Shown: positions 40,622 to 53,749, counted from the stretch's first letter. The stretch is DNA of 64,000 nt from Callorhinchus milii (GCF_018977255.1 NW_024704758.1:12462001-12526000); one strand, 5' to 3'. The notes: generated by a model from the letters alone, not told the origin. A program made the numbers and translations.

Positions 40622-43600
40622 TTTAAAAAAAACACACATACCTAGATTTTACTAATCTAATTTCTTCTTAAATAATGCAGTATTTATCTCAGGTATATAA
40701 TACAACGTAGGCAATAACTGCCATCTGAGAATTTTTACTTTAGTGCAGACTTCCTTCGTATAAACGGTATATAGAAAGTCCAGCGCAAAGGAACACTTAT
40801 TGGTATTGCACATGGCAATTATTCCAATTCGTCTTAAAATAGGATTTCAATTAAATTAAGACAATTAACGATGTTTTAAATAGTGCCTCCGCACAAACCA
40901 GATTTGCTGGAGAATTAAACCGGAGCATTAATTCGAACGGGCAAGAAGTACATTGCTATTTAGATTTTATAAACGATAAAGTTGTGGATTTTTTATTTTG
41001 GAGAATTGAAATGAGGACCCTTGAGTTTATTTATCGATCATCTCATGTTCCTCATTGAAATAGCCTTCTGGTCCCCAGCAACTAGGAACACTCCTTGTTC
41101 CAATCCCCGTGGACTTTATACAGACTTAAGATTTACACTTTCCCTCTGTCCAGGTCATTCCCTCATCCCCCTCTCCCCGGTTACTTGTAGGGAATGCCTT
41201 AAACAAAAACCTTATATGTATTGCATTACTTGACTATCAGTCCAATATCGTATTTCCGCAAATTCGAGATCTCATTGTCATCCGTAAGAGAAAATGTGAA
41301 TGAACAGAAGAAGATAAATCAGAACATCTGCATCTTAGTTACAACTCATTGTCACAGATGATTGTGTATTACACCTGTGCCATTTTTCCCACATCAAAAC
41401 GAGAAGACTATTATGTATATATAACTTCCCAATTACCAAGGAAATATTAAGGAAATAAGCATACAACTTGTCCCCTTTGAAATTCTAGAAGCAACTGATA
41501 CAATACACAGATCATCTACCATGAAATAAATAGATATCCATCGCATTCAATTGTCGCGCAAACTTGTAACATTCTGCGATGCGATCCATTTACCGAACGA
41601 AAAGATAGCTCCTCACATCCATTAGGACATTTTCCCACCAATCACACCAATAAAATCGAGAAAACGTTACCAGTAGGATTCGCACATCAAAACACAATCC
41701 CCCACCATGTGCATCCTCGCAGCAAAACCTACAAGAGTTGACACACACGTGGAAATTCTAGGCATTGGGAGACAAGTTGAGGATGCTTAAGTTCAATTAA
41801 AAACTACAATAGTAGTGGCTCTAGATTACAATGATATATTCTGGAGTCTCCCCCCCCCCCCTCCCTTGTTGGCTTTGCTGGACTGTTAATCCTTGATCAG
41901 GACACTCGGGCTCCTCAATATAAGCTTGGGAATTAACACACGCACTCACACTCTAAAACATTTGCAGCTGGTCGGAGACATGAACTCTGAGTTAAAGAGA
42001 AGAGAATAGACTCCCCATACCGCCACAGAGACAAAAGTGCTGCTCCCCTCCCCACTTCGGAAATTATTCAGGCTCCTTAACCGTAGTCTGCATTATTGTC
42101 CCTATAGCAACATTGGTTTCTCCAATCCCCCCCCCCCCCACTTTACGGCAGAGAAATTAGGGGGAAATAATATGTATTACGTGGAAAGTGCTAAAAAGGT
42201 ACAGTGCGACTTCTCCTCCAATTACGCACCATAAAAGTAAATAAAACAAAGCATTCTGTGCTTTGACAAATTGTGGAAAAAATCACGTTCGGAAGCTATG
42301 AACTTGACACACAGAAAAAAAAAATCAAACGTGGGGTTAATGAATAGTGGAGAGAGTTGGGGGTGGTGATGGTGATGGGGTGGGGAGAGGTGGAGAAGTA
42401 AATGCAACTGAGCGAGTTAACGTTGACAGCTCTGGTGCAGAAAATGATTAGTGGAGATTTTAGCCATTTATTTCAGGAGTGGAGAAAATGATGAGCTTCT
42501 GTTGAAAGTGATCACAAAAGCACAACGGTTTAAGGAGTCCTGTCTGTGTGCTGCTGGCTTGACACCCGTCCAGCTCTATTAAACAAATCCTACTTCTATT
42601 CCCTCCGAGAAAGCAAGGCGAGCATCCAGGGAACTGCCAAGTAGCACTCTGTGACTGTGTGTGGGTGGGTGGGTTTTTTTTTGGGGGGGAAGGGGGGGGG
42701 GTCGCAATCTAGCGGCTGCGTCACATGGAACAATAAGCACTTTTTATATATATAATTCGTTTAGTTTTTTTTTATATAAGTCTTGAAATTTTGCCACTCA
42801 CAGACACCTTCGCCGAATCCCACACTGTGAAAACAGGTTACCCTTCCTCCTCCTCCTCCTCCTCGTGTGTGCCCCCCCAAAATAATATACTTGCCACAGA
42901 TTTGAACCTACAATGGCAAGTTCAGTCTTTGATTAGGAGAGTGTTTTCTGCGCTTTTGACGTTGAAAGGAGCTCCCGTCTCACCAGCAGGGGATTTCAAT
43001 GCACCTGAAAGGATTGTGGAAAATCCGTCCCAGGTGTCCCTTCTTAGAAACACTGGAATCAATTGCAGGGCTTGATAACGCCGTTTGCAACAGCTGATTA
43101 AAAAAATACAACAGGCAACCCTTAGGGAGAGACCAAGTATTCAGCTTCGCCGATTAGCTGGTGTGAAGGTAATTTTGCATCTCGAAAAGGAAACTATAGT
43201 ACCAGCCTTACATCCATCCCTCGTCTCGAGAATACTTAACGTGGCTGAAGAAATGCCACGCATTAAAAACAATACGTATGTAGGGGTTTAAGAGCCCTGG
43301 TGCGATTCGGGAGTCATTGCATATTCTGAGAGTTTCACCCACTTCAGCAAAGATGTTCAGTAAATATTGTTGGTCTTTCGCAACCCCTTATTTTACAGTC
43401 TTAAGAATGGACTTTTCAAAACACCTCCAGCATTCAAATGTAAATCCATTGGTCGGGTTATATTTTAGGAACTCACTTTGATGGCGACTTCGAGTCGAGA
43501 TCAGCCTTTAGTTTGCATCGCTCTGGTCAGATCTCACTGCAGAGACACTGACACAAACACATCGCCAAGTCCCACACTGTGGGTTAGGTTCCCCTCCTAT

Positions 43601-44829
43601 TTCACAGTGTGGGCCAAAGTTATGTTTGTTTGTCGGTTTGGATTGATACCTACTGTCTGCAGCTCGGATTGGGTCTGAATGTTAAGCCTCCAGATAATAA
43701 ACAGAAATGACCTGTTGGAAACTTTCACGAGTGGCGCACTTTTAACCCCCAGGTTAGGACTTTCATCAATAACTTGTTGAATAGTTCCCCCGCTAACAGG
43801 AGCATCCCATGTAAAGGTAGCAACGAGGACACCTAACGGCTTTTACCTTCACAATTAAATGAAGAAAATACTAACTGTTGGACTTTCAGCTTTTATTCTT
43901 TCCCCCTGAAAATCCTTCTATTGTGTCAATCAAGCAGATGGTTTGCAGGAAATGTGGCTTAGCCTCAGTGACCGAAACTAATTTTAACTAGCTCTCCATC
44001 CATCCACGTTTGTTTTCTGCTTACCAAATAGCGCAAAACAGCTGGCCGTGTGAATTAAACCCATTAAAAGCACATTTATAATAAATTATATTCGCAAGAA
44101 TGTTGTCCTTTGGCACTGAAAAGCGCGCACGGGGATGGCGTATTTGAATGAAAATGTGGACAACACTGCCTTCTTAACATAGCCTGAAAGTCTTAAAACA
44201 TTTTACTAAATAGATTAACTTGACGATTGTTTGGATCACATTTATCAGCTTCATTAAGTGAATGGGTGAACAAATATATTACACATGCATGAAAAGCTCT
44301 TTTGGCTGTATTTATTGTGCCCGAGTCTGACAGGTGGTTAACTGTTTTTGCGCAAAAGAGGGATCCAGGCGAGAGCGCACTGGAGAGGCAGCCGCCTGGC
44401 TAACCTGGGTACCAAGTCTTCGAGCCTGTAGAAAGTACCGGAGAATTATCACCTAACAACTCTTGATGACACATTTAGTCTACCTTTTTATACATTATTT
44501 ATTTGTATCCAATACAAGTTTTAGTAGTCGGAACATGTTTGAGGAAGTAAAACAACTGATTGGGACGGGGGGGGGGGGGGGTGGAGGGAGAATCTGTTCT
44601 CGCCCGGAGTGAGATTTTTTTAAAAAATGTTCTTGGGAGAGGGATGCAGTTGAGATTAATTATTAAGGTAAAAATGTCTTACTTGCGGGATACGTTTTGG
44701 TTTAAAAGGAAAGGACATGATTCCCTCCATTTGTGCTGGGCACCATTACCACAGATACTATGACCATAGAGCTCACCCATAGCTTTCACACACACGTACA
44801 GTGGTACAGAATTCACCTTTTCTTCATAT

Positions 44830-44921
44830 TAATACTTGCATTTGATAACGTGCCTTACTATGTTGTTGAGACGCCTTATAGCGCTTCACTGAATTTTACT
44901 ATGAAGTGCATTGACTGAATA
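44830..44921 (-). mobile_element. SINE 3' part
   Basis: aatacttgcatttgata...gttgagacgccttatagcgcttcactgaat...aagtgcattgactgaata. Confidence 0.7.
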
Positions 44922-46067
44922 CATAATTGCTTCGCCGAGTCACTTACAATAAGAGAATGGACACCCTTTGGGATCTTTAAGGATTTCTTAAAGGAGCTTT
45001 GCTGTTTCCAGTTATCGATCCTCTTTATCTATCCTGAATAAGGGTCTCTGTTTGATTTCAATTAGCAATATTAAACACGTTCTCATTAGGGGGTCGGTAA
45101 GCAGATCGGAAAACATTGTAATACTCTTTCACGTTTATTATTTAGTACCGACTTTATAAAATACTTGACAATATTAATAATTGCGTCGAATAATTGTTTT
45201 ACATCATTTGCAAAAAAAGAAACACATTTTGTAAAAAGCTTCAGGACAATGTCTTAAATGGTGTATCCTTATTTGAATTCGATTACACTTAGTCGCTTTA
45301 GATTGATTACCTGTGAGCTTTATTACGGTTGAATCTTGAGGTGTATTTTCGCCCCTACAATAAATCATTTTTTTTCACGTTTGCTAAAGGAGTGCAACAT
45401 TAATGAGGAATTAAGGATTGAGTTAAGAAGCTGTTGGCTCTGATGTCTGTCCGCACTCCAGGATCCACCCAATCCCAAGTCTCCAAAGTATGAACGAGTG
45501 GAGTGATAAACTCAAAGGGTCTGGAGGGTCGCTGTGCAGAATCAGAAGCTAAAGGGATAAATTCTTGCTGGTGGCCTTTTGAGTGATAATACACGACCAC
45601 TTTCTGGAAGTGAAAGTTAAAACATCACTCGTTTGCTGAACTAAACCTACATCATAGGGATAGGTACATTCCACGTATGAATCATAGCAAAAATTCCCTC
45701 TTCCCAGCAAAACATCTCCACTCTCTTTGATCCATACTCACTTGCGGTCTTTGAGTCGTGTTTGGGTCGAAAGTGGACGAGGCAGAGAGTATTGCATCGC
45801 GTCCTGCGAAATGCAAGAGAGCGCCAGTTCTAATATACTTGTTCATTTCCCAGTTCGGTCACGGTTTGGTATAGATGTATTGTTATTAAATGATAATACT
45901 CACTCCGTTTGGTGAATTATGTGCCTTTTTTTAAAAAAAAACATTTAATGTGTGTTTAAAGAGGTGCTGCCTGTGTTACAGACTGAACCGTACGCCTGCC
46001 AGATAATTTCATGGGGATTAAGTCCCCTTGGCCTGGAGTTTTGAAGCAGAGTGTGAGGAGAGAGGGG

Positions 46068-46094
<27 letters not shown>
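46068..46094 (+). repeat. (GA)n microsatellite
   Basis: Read directly from the sequence. Confidence 0.9.
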
Positions 46095-46098
<4 letters not shown>

Positions 46099-47814
46099 AA
46101 AAAAAACTTTCCTTCCTTAAACTTCTTTTTTTTTTTAACCCTGTTCAGGCTTACAAAGAAAAGCTGGGTGACTTTTTTTTTAAAAAAATGGAGATAACTA
46201 TCCTCAAATGAATGGCAGAGCGCACAAAAAGGACGAACATAGGTCAAATAACATTAGTCACAGATCTTACCAAAGAGCGCAGACTTCCAAGGAAACCTTC
46301 AAAAAAAATCTGTCGAAAATAAATCTCTCAGTCAAATTTCATTGCTGCTTATGCTTTATTTTGTTTGAACGCTTGTTTTAGTCCCCCCCTTTTTTTTTCT
46401 GAGTGGTTCAGAATCTGAACGTTGTGTCACAGTGTGGCCCGATCCCTTACCAAAGGAAATACATCCACGTGTACCTCAGCATGGGTTTGACCCAACCTCC
46501 CAGTCGATGTCGTTATCCTGATTTAGTGCAAAGAAACTGCCAGCAGTCGGCCTATGCCCAAGCAAAACTCTCCAATTTATTATTTATAATGCAGAGTAAA
46601 TCAGACCAGTAGCCCCAATACCTACTGGTAAACAAAATTATCAGGACATCTCCATAGTATCCATTGCTCCCACACTCAATTAATCGTGTGTTTTAAATAC
46701 ATATTCAACATTTTTCTCGGATCTTTGGATTTCTGCATGCCAATGCTCCCCATATTTCACCACATAATTCCTCACTTTTCTCCCCCCCCCCTCCCAATTT
46801 AGGTTTACAATTGTTTGGGATTCGGGAAACTGACTAACATTTGATCAAGATATTCCGTTTCCTTGGCATCGAATGCTTTGTGGTGTCGTTTATTTTCTAA
46901 ACCTATGTAAATCAAGCTCCAGCTTTTGAAAGGTTTATGTGCGTGTGTTTTTTATTTAAAAAAAACTTCACAAATTGATCCTGAGTAATTCATCTCTTTA
47001 GCCCAGGCATCTGCAGACCATCGCGTTTGCCCTCCCCAACTGTGTCAGGACTGCGCAATTGGCGCGACTAATCCAAGTGAAGGTTAAAGAAATCAACATA
47101 TATAATGGGTAAGATTAAAACAATGTTGATTGGCTTCAAGGAGAAACTAAAATCTTTCTGACTGGACAGGAATAATATTAAAACCATCGAATATGCGACC
47201 GTGCAGAGGAGCTCCTATCTGGTTTAAAACCTTTAATCGGCGAATAATTGACAGCAGAGGTGGTATATTCTGACAGAAGGGTTTACTCAGACAGCTGATA
47301 TAGAGCCTGATAATTGGGTGAAGCAGGTTTTACCTGCTGAGCCTCACTCAATGATGGGTGAGGATGCAATTCCGTCTTAAGGAGTGTCTGAATTGATCGA
47401 TATGTACAGCACGTGCAAGTTATGTCAACCAATACACATTTAAAGTGAAACTATTGGGATACAAGTTAGAAAGACTGCTGTGTTGGTCAGTATTACATTT
47501 CAATGATAAAACATCACATGGCCGTTATCTGTGTTCGTTTGGTCATCAGCTCCGTTAGTGTTTCTCAAACACTGTAACTCCGAGACGATTTTTGCCAAAC
47601 AAAAAAAAATGCATTCGCCTGAAATGCTCAGTGTTTAAAGTTCAATACATTTTGCATTTCATCTGACAATGCCATATAACGGCGAGAATACCACAAAAAG
47701 GTGGTTTACGTCTTTTAACATTTAAAGAAGGGCTAAATAGTGCATGTTTATTTTCAATAAAAGATGTTTCGGATGTTGCAATGATGTGAATTGCAGCCAA
47801 ATTTCCCCCTCCAC

Positions 47815-47838
47815 CACACACACACACACACACACACA
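47815..47838 (+). repeat. (CA)n microsatellite
   Basis: Read directly from the sequence. Confidence 0.9.
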
Positions 47839-49379
47839 TATATTAAAAAAACATTTCCAATAACAATTTGTGAGTTTTACACAATGCATCGCTGGTGAAT
47901 TGAATTAAACATAGCCTAACAAATATCTGATAACAGTTTCATTTAGTCCCCTGTGCTAAGTCACTTTCAGTGACAACGCTCTGTAATACGGTAACGCTCA
48001 CAGGCGTTGCACTAATTTGCTTCCATGATGTTTTTTTTTTTTGGTTTATTTTTTTCTGAAACTAAAAGAACATTTTATGATCTTTACCCGAGCTGCGTGG
48101 CTGAGATTTTAAGTAGCGTTTAGGTTGGTCGACGGCGTTAGATTCATCTATGGATGAAGGCAGTCAGCCCACAGGAGGATAATCTACAGCTGAGGCTGAA
48201 CACTGAGCAGCAACAAACAAAAAAAACTCCGCATTTTCTACAGAAATAAAGCTGCTGAAAGTCGGATAATACGATTTTGAAGCATTGTGTTGAGTAAATA
48301 AAAAAACAGCTGATAGTGACAGTTAGTTGATGCCATGGCCGCGCTTAATAGGATAATAGATGCATGGCTGTTGCCCACTTTTTCATTGCCAAACGCTGGG
48401 ATATTAAGAAAAGATTAAGCCACTTTTTTTTTTCCTCCCAGAATATAATATTCTACACATCTGTTATCGTGCGGAAGACCAATTTAATCGATTTGGGGAT
48501 CACGCCTTAAAGCCCTTGTTTTTGTTCTCTGGTTAGAAAGACTCCCATTGCCCTTTTTAAAACCAATCAACTGTTTATTCAAATATCTTTAAACATTTAA
48601 GACACGTTAAGCATTGTTTCCCCCTGTGCCATATGTTAAAAATCAGCACTTTGCAATCAAATGCCCTTTTTATCCAAAGCCTTTTGTATTACGCCGTATC
48701 TTTTCCGACTAAACCATCATTGGATTGATTTTAAGCCGCACTTTTTTTTAAAAAAAAAACCTATTACCCAAAACAATCAGTCTGTGGGGATTGTATCCTC
48801 TCAGAGTTTATGCTCTGTGTTTTGTGGTCAAAAAAAAAACACTTTCTTTGTGCGCAATCCCATGTTGTTCTTAAAATTGTTTACCGATGGGTAAAAGAAT
48901 AATCCGTTCTAAATAGCGTTCGTGCATCGTGAATCATACTTGCGGTTCCTTTGGAGATTTAACCACACTTTTTATCAGAGTTTTTCCCGAGATAAATCAA
49001 ACTCATTTTCTTAAAATTGCCCACGCAAAACTCACATCCATTGGTCAAGGACAATCTGCAGTTTAAACGTCTCACTCTGCCCTCTCTGCGATACCTTTCA
49101 AAGGGAGATTATAGTGTATGATATGAATATTTATTGAGCAGTTTTGTACGCGCAGCGGGAGTATCAAATAAATTTAGTGCTTTCTTTTCATAATTCCTTT
49201 CAAACGAGGAAAACGTCATTGGAAACTTGGTAAAATAGTCTTTTAATTAGCCCGTGTGCATTGCACTCAAACAAAACCCGCTCAAATCCTGGGAGCAATG
49301 TATTCAAAAGAGGCGGTCAGTGTTCAGAATTAATGGCTACACCTTCTTTGTTGAAGCTCCATAGTGATTGCTCGGTTAT

Positions 49380-49560
49380 GAAGTCTAATCCAATCATAAA
49401 TTGCTCTAATGGTCCAATCCGAGGACCAGAAACCCGGAGTAAAAGAAAGTCCTGTGGAGAACTTTGTTGAACTTCATTGTAAGACCTGTCACATCTGAAA
49501 GGATTTACCCAAACTGTCCACTATAAAACCCATCAGGCAGAAGGAAGCCATGGTAGAAAA
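49380..49560 (+). promoter_or_regulatory. DBX1 proximal promoter candidate
   Basis: CCAAT at 49390 and 49414; TATAAAA at 49522-49528, about 180 nt upstream of the ATG. Confidence 0.55.
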
Positions 49561-49703
49561 GTGCCAGAGCTGTTAGTTGGATCTTACTGAGAGGAAGGGT
49601 GGAAAGAAAAGAACTCTTTGCTCAAACAGGACAGATTTGGAGCATTCTCCCCCCACCCACCCCCCATCCCCCCTCTCTCCCCCCGCACCAAAGCGCTGCA
49701 AAC

Positions 49704-50076
49704 ATGATGTTCCCAAGTGTGATCGCTCCTTCAGCCATGTACCCAAACCTCTTGCGACCCACCCCGACTCTGACTTTGCCCCAGTCCTTGCAGTCAGCCT
49801 TCTCCTCCCATGCAATGGGGGCCAGCTTCCTGGTGGAAGATCTGCTGAGGATCAGCCGACCGACAAGCTACCTGCCCCGGTCGGTGTCAGCCGCCCTGTC
49901 TCCATCGGTATCCGTTTCCACCAGCCTCCCCAGCTCGGTGACAACCGACTCAGTCAGCAGCTCAGCCTCTGTGACCAGTCGGATGTGTTCCCCACACAAC
50001 TCCGGCTCTGGCCACAGCGATTCCAGTTACCTGAAGTTCGGTGTCCACGCGATTTTGTCATCCACACCCAGAACTG
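49704..50076 (+). CDS. DBX1: DBX1 (developing brain homeobox 1) coding exon 1
   Basis: ATG at 49704 opens MMFPSVIAPSAMYPNLLRPTPTLTLPQSLQSAFS...FLVEDLLRI...YLKFGVHAILSSTPRT, the DBX1 N-terminus with two eh1-like motifs. Ends at donor G|GTGAGT (phase 1), 373 nt. Confidence 0.96.
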
Positions 50077-50603
50077 GTGAGTGTCTGGTTTTCTTCAACG
50101 CTTAGAAAGTTCCAGGAGGAGGAATGGGGAGGGGAGGAATGGGGAGGGGATGGAGGGGGGGTGGGGGGGGAACGTGGCTAATAATCTTGACTTTTGTTGA
50201 TGATGCACCAAAATGCCACCATCTGATTGACTTTGGTGCGGGGACCTCAGCTTTTAACCTTTTGCATTGCCGTTATCTCTCTTAAAAAAAAACAACGCCG
50301 GATAATAAAACTGTAGCTCTCAAGAGCAGATGAGAATATATAACCAAAGCAGTTTCGGTACCGTCCAATTTATTGCGACATTGGCACTACTGTGTGATCC
50401 TATAACTCGCGTGGACTCGAACCCCAAAGTGCTTCATGTAATGACATTAATCGGCTATTTATTCGAATTGTAATTTAACTCCGTGTTCCTCGTTGACTAC
50501 CAATTATATTAATCATCATTTTTTTAAAAAAAAAATGTGTGTGTGGGTGTGTGGGGGTTGTTGTCCGAATCTGACGTTTCCCTTTCTTTTGCTGTTCTTG
50601 CAG

Positions 50604-50705
50604 AAACATCCCATCACTTGATCCAAGGACTCTCCCCAAAGGCGTTCTCCTTCCCTTACTTTGAGGGCTCCTTCCAGCCCTTCCTTCGCTCCTCGTATTT
50701 CCCAG
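50604..50705 (+). CDS. DBX1: DBX1 coding exon 2
   Basis: Acceptor ctttctttt gctgttcttgcag|, donor CCAG|GTACAA. 102 nt, phase 1-1, encodes (E)TSHHLIQGLSPKAFSFPYFEGSFQPFLRSSYFP. Confidence 0.95.
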
Positions 50706-52519
50706 GTACAACCCCCCACCCCCCAACCCAACCCAACCCCCGGGGGAGGAAGGGGGCGCGATCCCCCCGTGTTTCACGCGCACTTAATCAATATTTCGCA
50801 GCTCATCTTGGGGGTTAGACTGAGGTTCAGAGGTTGTTAGGAGTACACCAGTTCGGAATCAGTCGCGGTAATTTGATGCCCTATTTAGCACAGGCAGTGA
50901 CGGCTGACATTTCTGCTCTGATTCCGTGATCTGCAAATTAGCAGGAATTGTCACGCACTAAGTTCGAGGCGGGTCCACCCTCAGAGGGGCTGTTGGCTTC
51001 CCTTCACGGCTGCGCTTTTCCCACAGAGCCCCGCAGCTCACCAATGACTCCTAACAAAAGCCTTGAGGACCATGACCAATTGCTGGTTCAGTTGGGAGAA
51101 GCCACACGCAGTCTCAAGTCTTCCCTCCCCCCCCCCATCCACCCCACCACCCACCCACCCACCCATCCAACCTCACCTCTCCTCCAGTCCCAGTCCTTTG
51201 CCAGTACCTGATTATATGGTATATATATATATATATATGCAGGAATCTTCCCATCAGCAAATTGCCCAAAGTTTCAGTCCCATTGCCCCCCCCTCCCCCC
51301 CCCCCCCCCCCCCCCCACACACACACACAGTCAACCTTTACGATCTGAATGCAAACAAGGTCTCGATGCTCTTGAATTAATTTATGTTCAGATCGACGGA
51401 CCAGCTAATAAAATAGAGCCTTAAAGGAAACTTGGTATCAATGCAAGTGACCAATACACCCCCCCGCCCCCACCACCCCCTCTTTTTAAACACCCGAGAG
51501 CTTATCTGACACACTTTTATCGCGCGTATTAAAGTTTGGTACAGAAGTGCGTATTCTCAAACATTCCGTCTTAGATGTGTCAACAACCTGCCTTCAAAAA
51601 AATGTACATTAATTTAGTGCTGCAGTATATGCTTTGACTTGAAGCCCTTCTGCTTCAAATGGCTCATTTCATTCATCACACTGGAAATATTTAGAAACAA
51701 ATATTGATCCTTGAAACCCACTGGATTCGTGGCACATTCGAGGTTTCTTTTTACTGATAAAACCTTTGCTGTTTCAATAGTCGTGCAATTCATCAAAACG
51801 TGCCCAACCTGAGCCTTTTAATTGACACGTCTCGAACGGCTTAACGTTATGAAATGAAGGTTCCTCTGAACTGCTGACAATTGGGACTTTTGCTGCCTTG
51901 TTTTCATCGCACAAAAACAACTTGGGAGAGTGTTTTGAGCCTTTTTAGATGGCTTTTCGTGTTCATTTGACGAAAACGTTTGGAGAGGAGAAAAAGCAGC
52001 CAGCCATCAGCATTCGCACAATGATCTGAGCACACAGTTCTGCTAAGATCCAATGTGTAGATTTCTTTTGTTCCAATAATATATGGCTTTAGCAGCCTGT
52101 CCTCAGTCTTTTTCTGTTAGTTCATTACTACACAATTACCATTCACGCTTCATTAGAATTTCTGTCTGCTATTAGCACTTTGAGAAGGAGAAAGTCTTTC
52201 CCTTTTTATTGCAGAAGAACCATTTGATACCAATGAAAATGTCCTTAATAATCGCCCCTCACTGGTTTCACACAAAACGCGTGTCAGTAACTTCATCATT
52301 TCCAAACTTTTTTCTCCAACAAAAAGAAAGTGGTCGGCGAAAGGGCTTATGATTACTATATTCAAGCTTAAAAGTGTGAATTTTGTTTTAAAAGGTAGCA
52401 GTCTTGAAGTTAAAGTAACTCATTTTATATATTTTATATTATATATAAATGCTTAACTTTTTTTATTTTCAGGCATAATTGTAAAGTGAATCGAAACGTG
52501 TATTGTGTATTGCGTACCT

Positions 52520-52619
52520 GCAAAGCACACAATTCATTTTACAATATGTCCTGTGAAGCACTTTAAGACAACGTGATAAGGCGCTATATCAAATGCAATT
52601 ATTATTATTATTATTATTA
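52520..52619 (+). mobile_element. SINE 3' part in DBX1 intron 2
   Basis: caattcattttaca...ctgtgaagcacttt...cgtgataaggcgctatatcaaatgcaa(tta)n. Confidence 0.75.
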
Positions 52620-52750
52620 ATCAATGTAAATAACTCCTTTGTCTAATCTTTGGTTTAGTCTATATGGCTACACAGTATTCTGAAATATTCTGCATCTTCC
52701 CTATCTTTACCGTTCCGTTTAATTAATTGTATTTCCCTCTTCCCTCACAG

Positions 52751-52953
52751 CTTCCTCCTCTGTTGTCCCCATCCCTGGGACCTTCTCTTGGCCACTGGCT
52801 GCCCGGGGAAAGCCCAGAAGAGGAATGCTCCGTCGGGCTGTTTTCTCAGATGTGCAGCGCAAAGCTTTGGAGAAGATGTTTCAGAAACAAAAATACATCA
52901 GCAAACCAGACAGACGCAAGTTGGCAGCCAAACTGGGACTCAAAGATTCACAG
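52751..52953 (+). CDS. DBX1: DBX1 coding exon 3 (homeodomain helices 1-2)
   Basis: Acceptor ttccctcacag|, donor CAG|GTTAGT. 203 nt, encodes (A)SSSVVPIPGTFSWPLAARGKPRRGMLRRAVFSDVQRKALEKMFQKQKYISKPDRRKLAAKLGLKDSQ. Confidence 0.98.
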
Positions 52954-53234
52954 GTTAGTTTTTTTTTAATATATACACACACACACATTAATAAACCTTT
53001 ACCAGTTAACTTATTACTGAGCAAATGATTAATTTTGGGGGTGGGGGGTGGGGGGGTGGTGCCTTGTGGCAGTGGTGGATGCACCAAATGGCTTGAAGGT
53101 GATTTCTAGTAATTGGATAGTTTGCCTCATAGAAAGAAGTGGTGGTGGTGGTGGGGGGGGGGGGGGGGGATTTTGTTGTGTGTGCAATCTTGACAAGTTA
53201 GCCAAGATGCGTTCTGTATCTGTTAAATCTCCAG

Positions 53235-53335
53235 TGTTTGGCCCACAACATGTATGCAGTATATTCCATGAAGCGCTTGGAGACGTCTCGAAGACGTGAT
53301 AAGGCGCTGTGTCAAATGCGAGGATTATTCTTATT
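53235..53335 (+). mobile_element. SINE 3' part in DBX1 intron 3
   Basis: tgaagcgcttggagacgtctcgaagacgtgataaggcgctgtgtcaaatgcgaggattatt. Confidence 0.75.
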
Positions 53336-53407
53336 CGAATTAATTGAGGTTTTACTCACATTTCTCTGTGTGTGTGTGTGCGTGTGTGTGTTTTTTTAAA
53401 CCAACAG

Positions 53408-53749
53408 GTGAAGATCTGGTTTCAGAACAGAAGGATGAAATGGAGAAATTCTAAAGAAAGAGAACTCCTGTCGGCTGGGGGCTGCAGGGAACAGACCCTC
53501 CCGACCAAGTTAAACCCTCACCCTGACCTGAGCGACGTGGGGAAGAAGTCACCTTGTAGATTGCACTCAGGAGACGAGGAGGAAACAGGTTGCAGAGACA
53601 GCCCCAAGTCTTCCATCTGTCACTCACCAGAGTACAAGCACATGGACAGCCTGGACTCGCACCTCAGGCTGACATCACACCAGCACAGCGACAAACACAC
53701 TTACTTTTCCGAAGAGGAGGATGAAGATGAAGAAATAACCGTTTCATAA
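53408..53749 (+). CDS. DBX1: DBX1 coding exon 4 (helix 3 and acidic C-terminus)
   Basis: Acceptor ccaacag|GTG. Encodes VKIWFQNRRMKWRNSKERELLSAGGCREQTLPTKLNPHPDLSDV...EEEDEDEEITVS then TAA. Exon lengths 373+102+203+342 = 1020 nt = 339 aa plus stop. The adjacent NAV2 supports DBX1 rather than DBX2. Confidence 0.98.
   Translation: MKIWFQNRRMKWRNSKERELLSAGGCREQTLPTKLNPHPDLSDVGKKSPCRLHSGDEEETGCRDSPKSSICHSPEYKHMDSLDSHLRLTSHQHSDKHTYFSEEEDEDEEITVS

Noticed and set aside
1-49000. Exons of HTATIP2 or PRMT3, the expected upstream neighbours
   Set aside because: No matching peptide seen in the ORF track or by eye; they probably lie beyond the window. Short exons cannot be fully excluded without TBLASTN.
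49599-49703. N-terminal extension of DBX1 suggested by the ORF track
   Set aside because: Starts at GTG and crosses a C-rich 5' UTR tract; similarity to DBX1 begins at MMFP (49704).
49577-50080. 167-aa ORF overlapping DBX1 exon 1 in another frame
   Set aside because: Non-ATG start; a shadow frame of a GC-rich exon.
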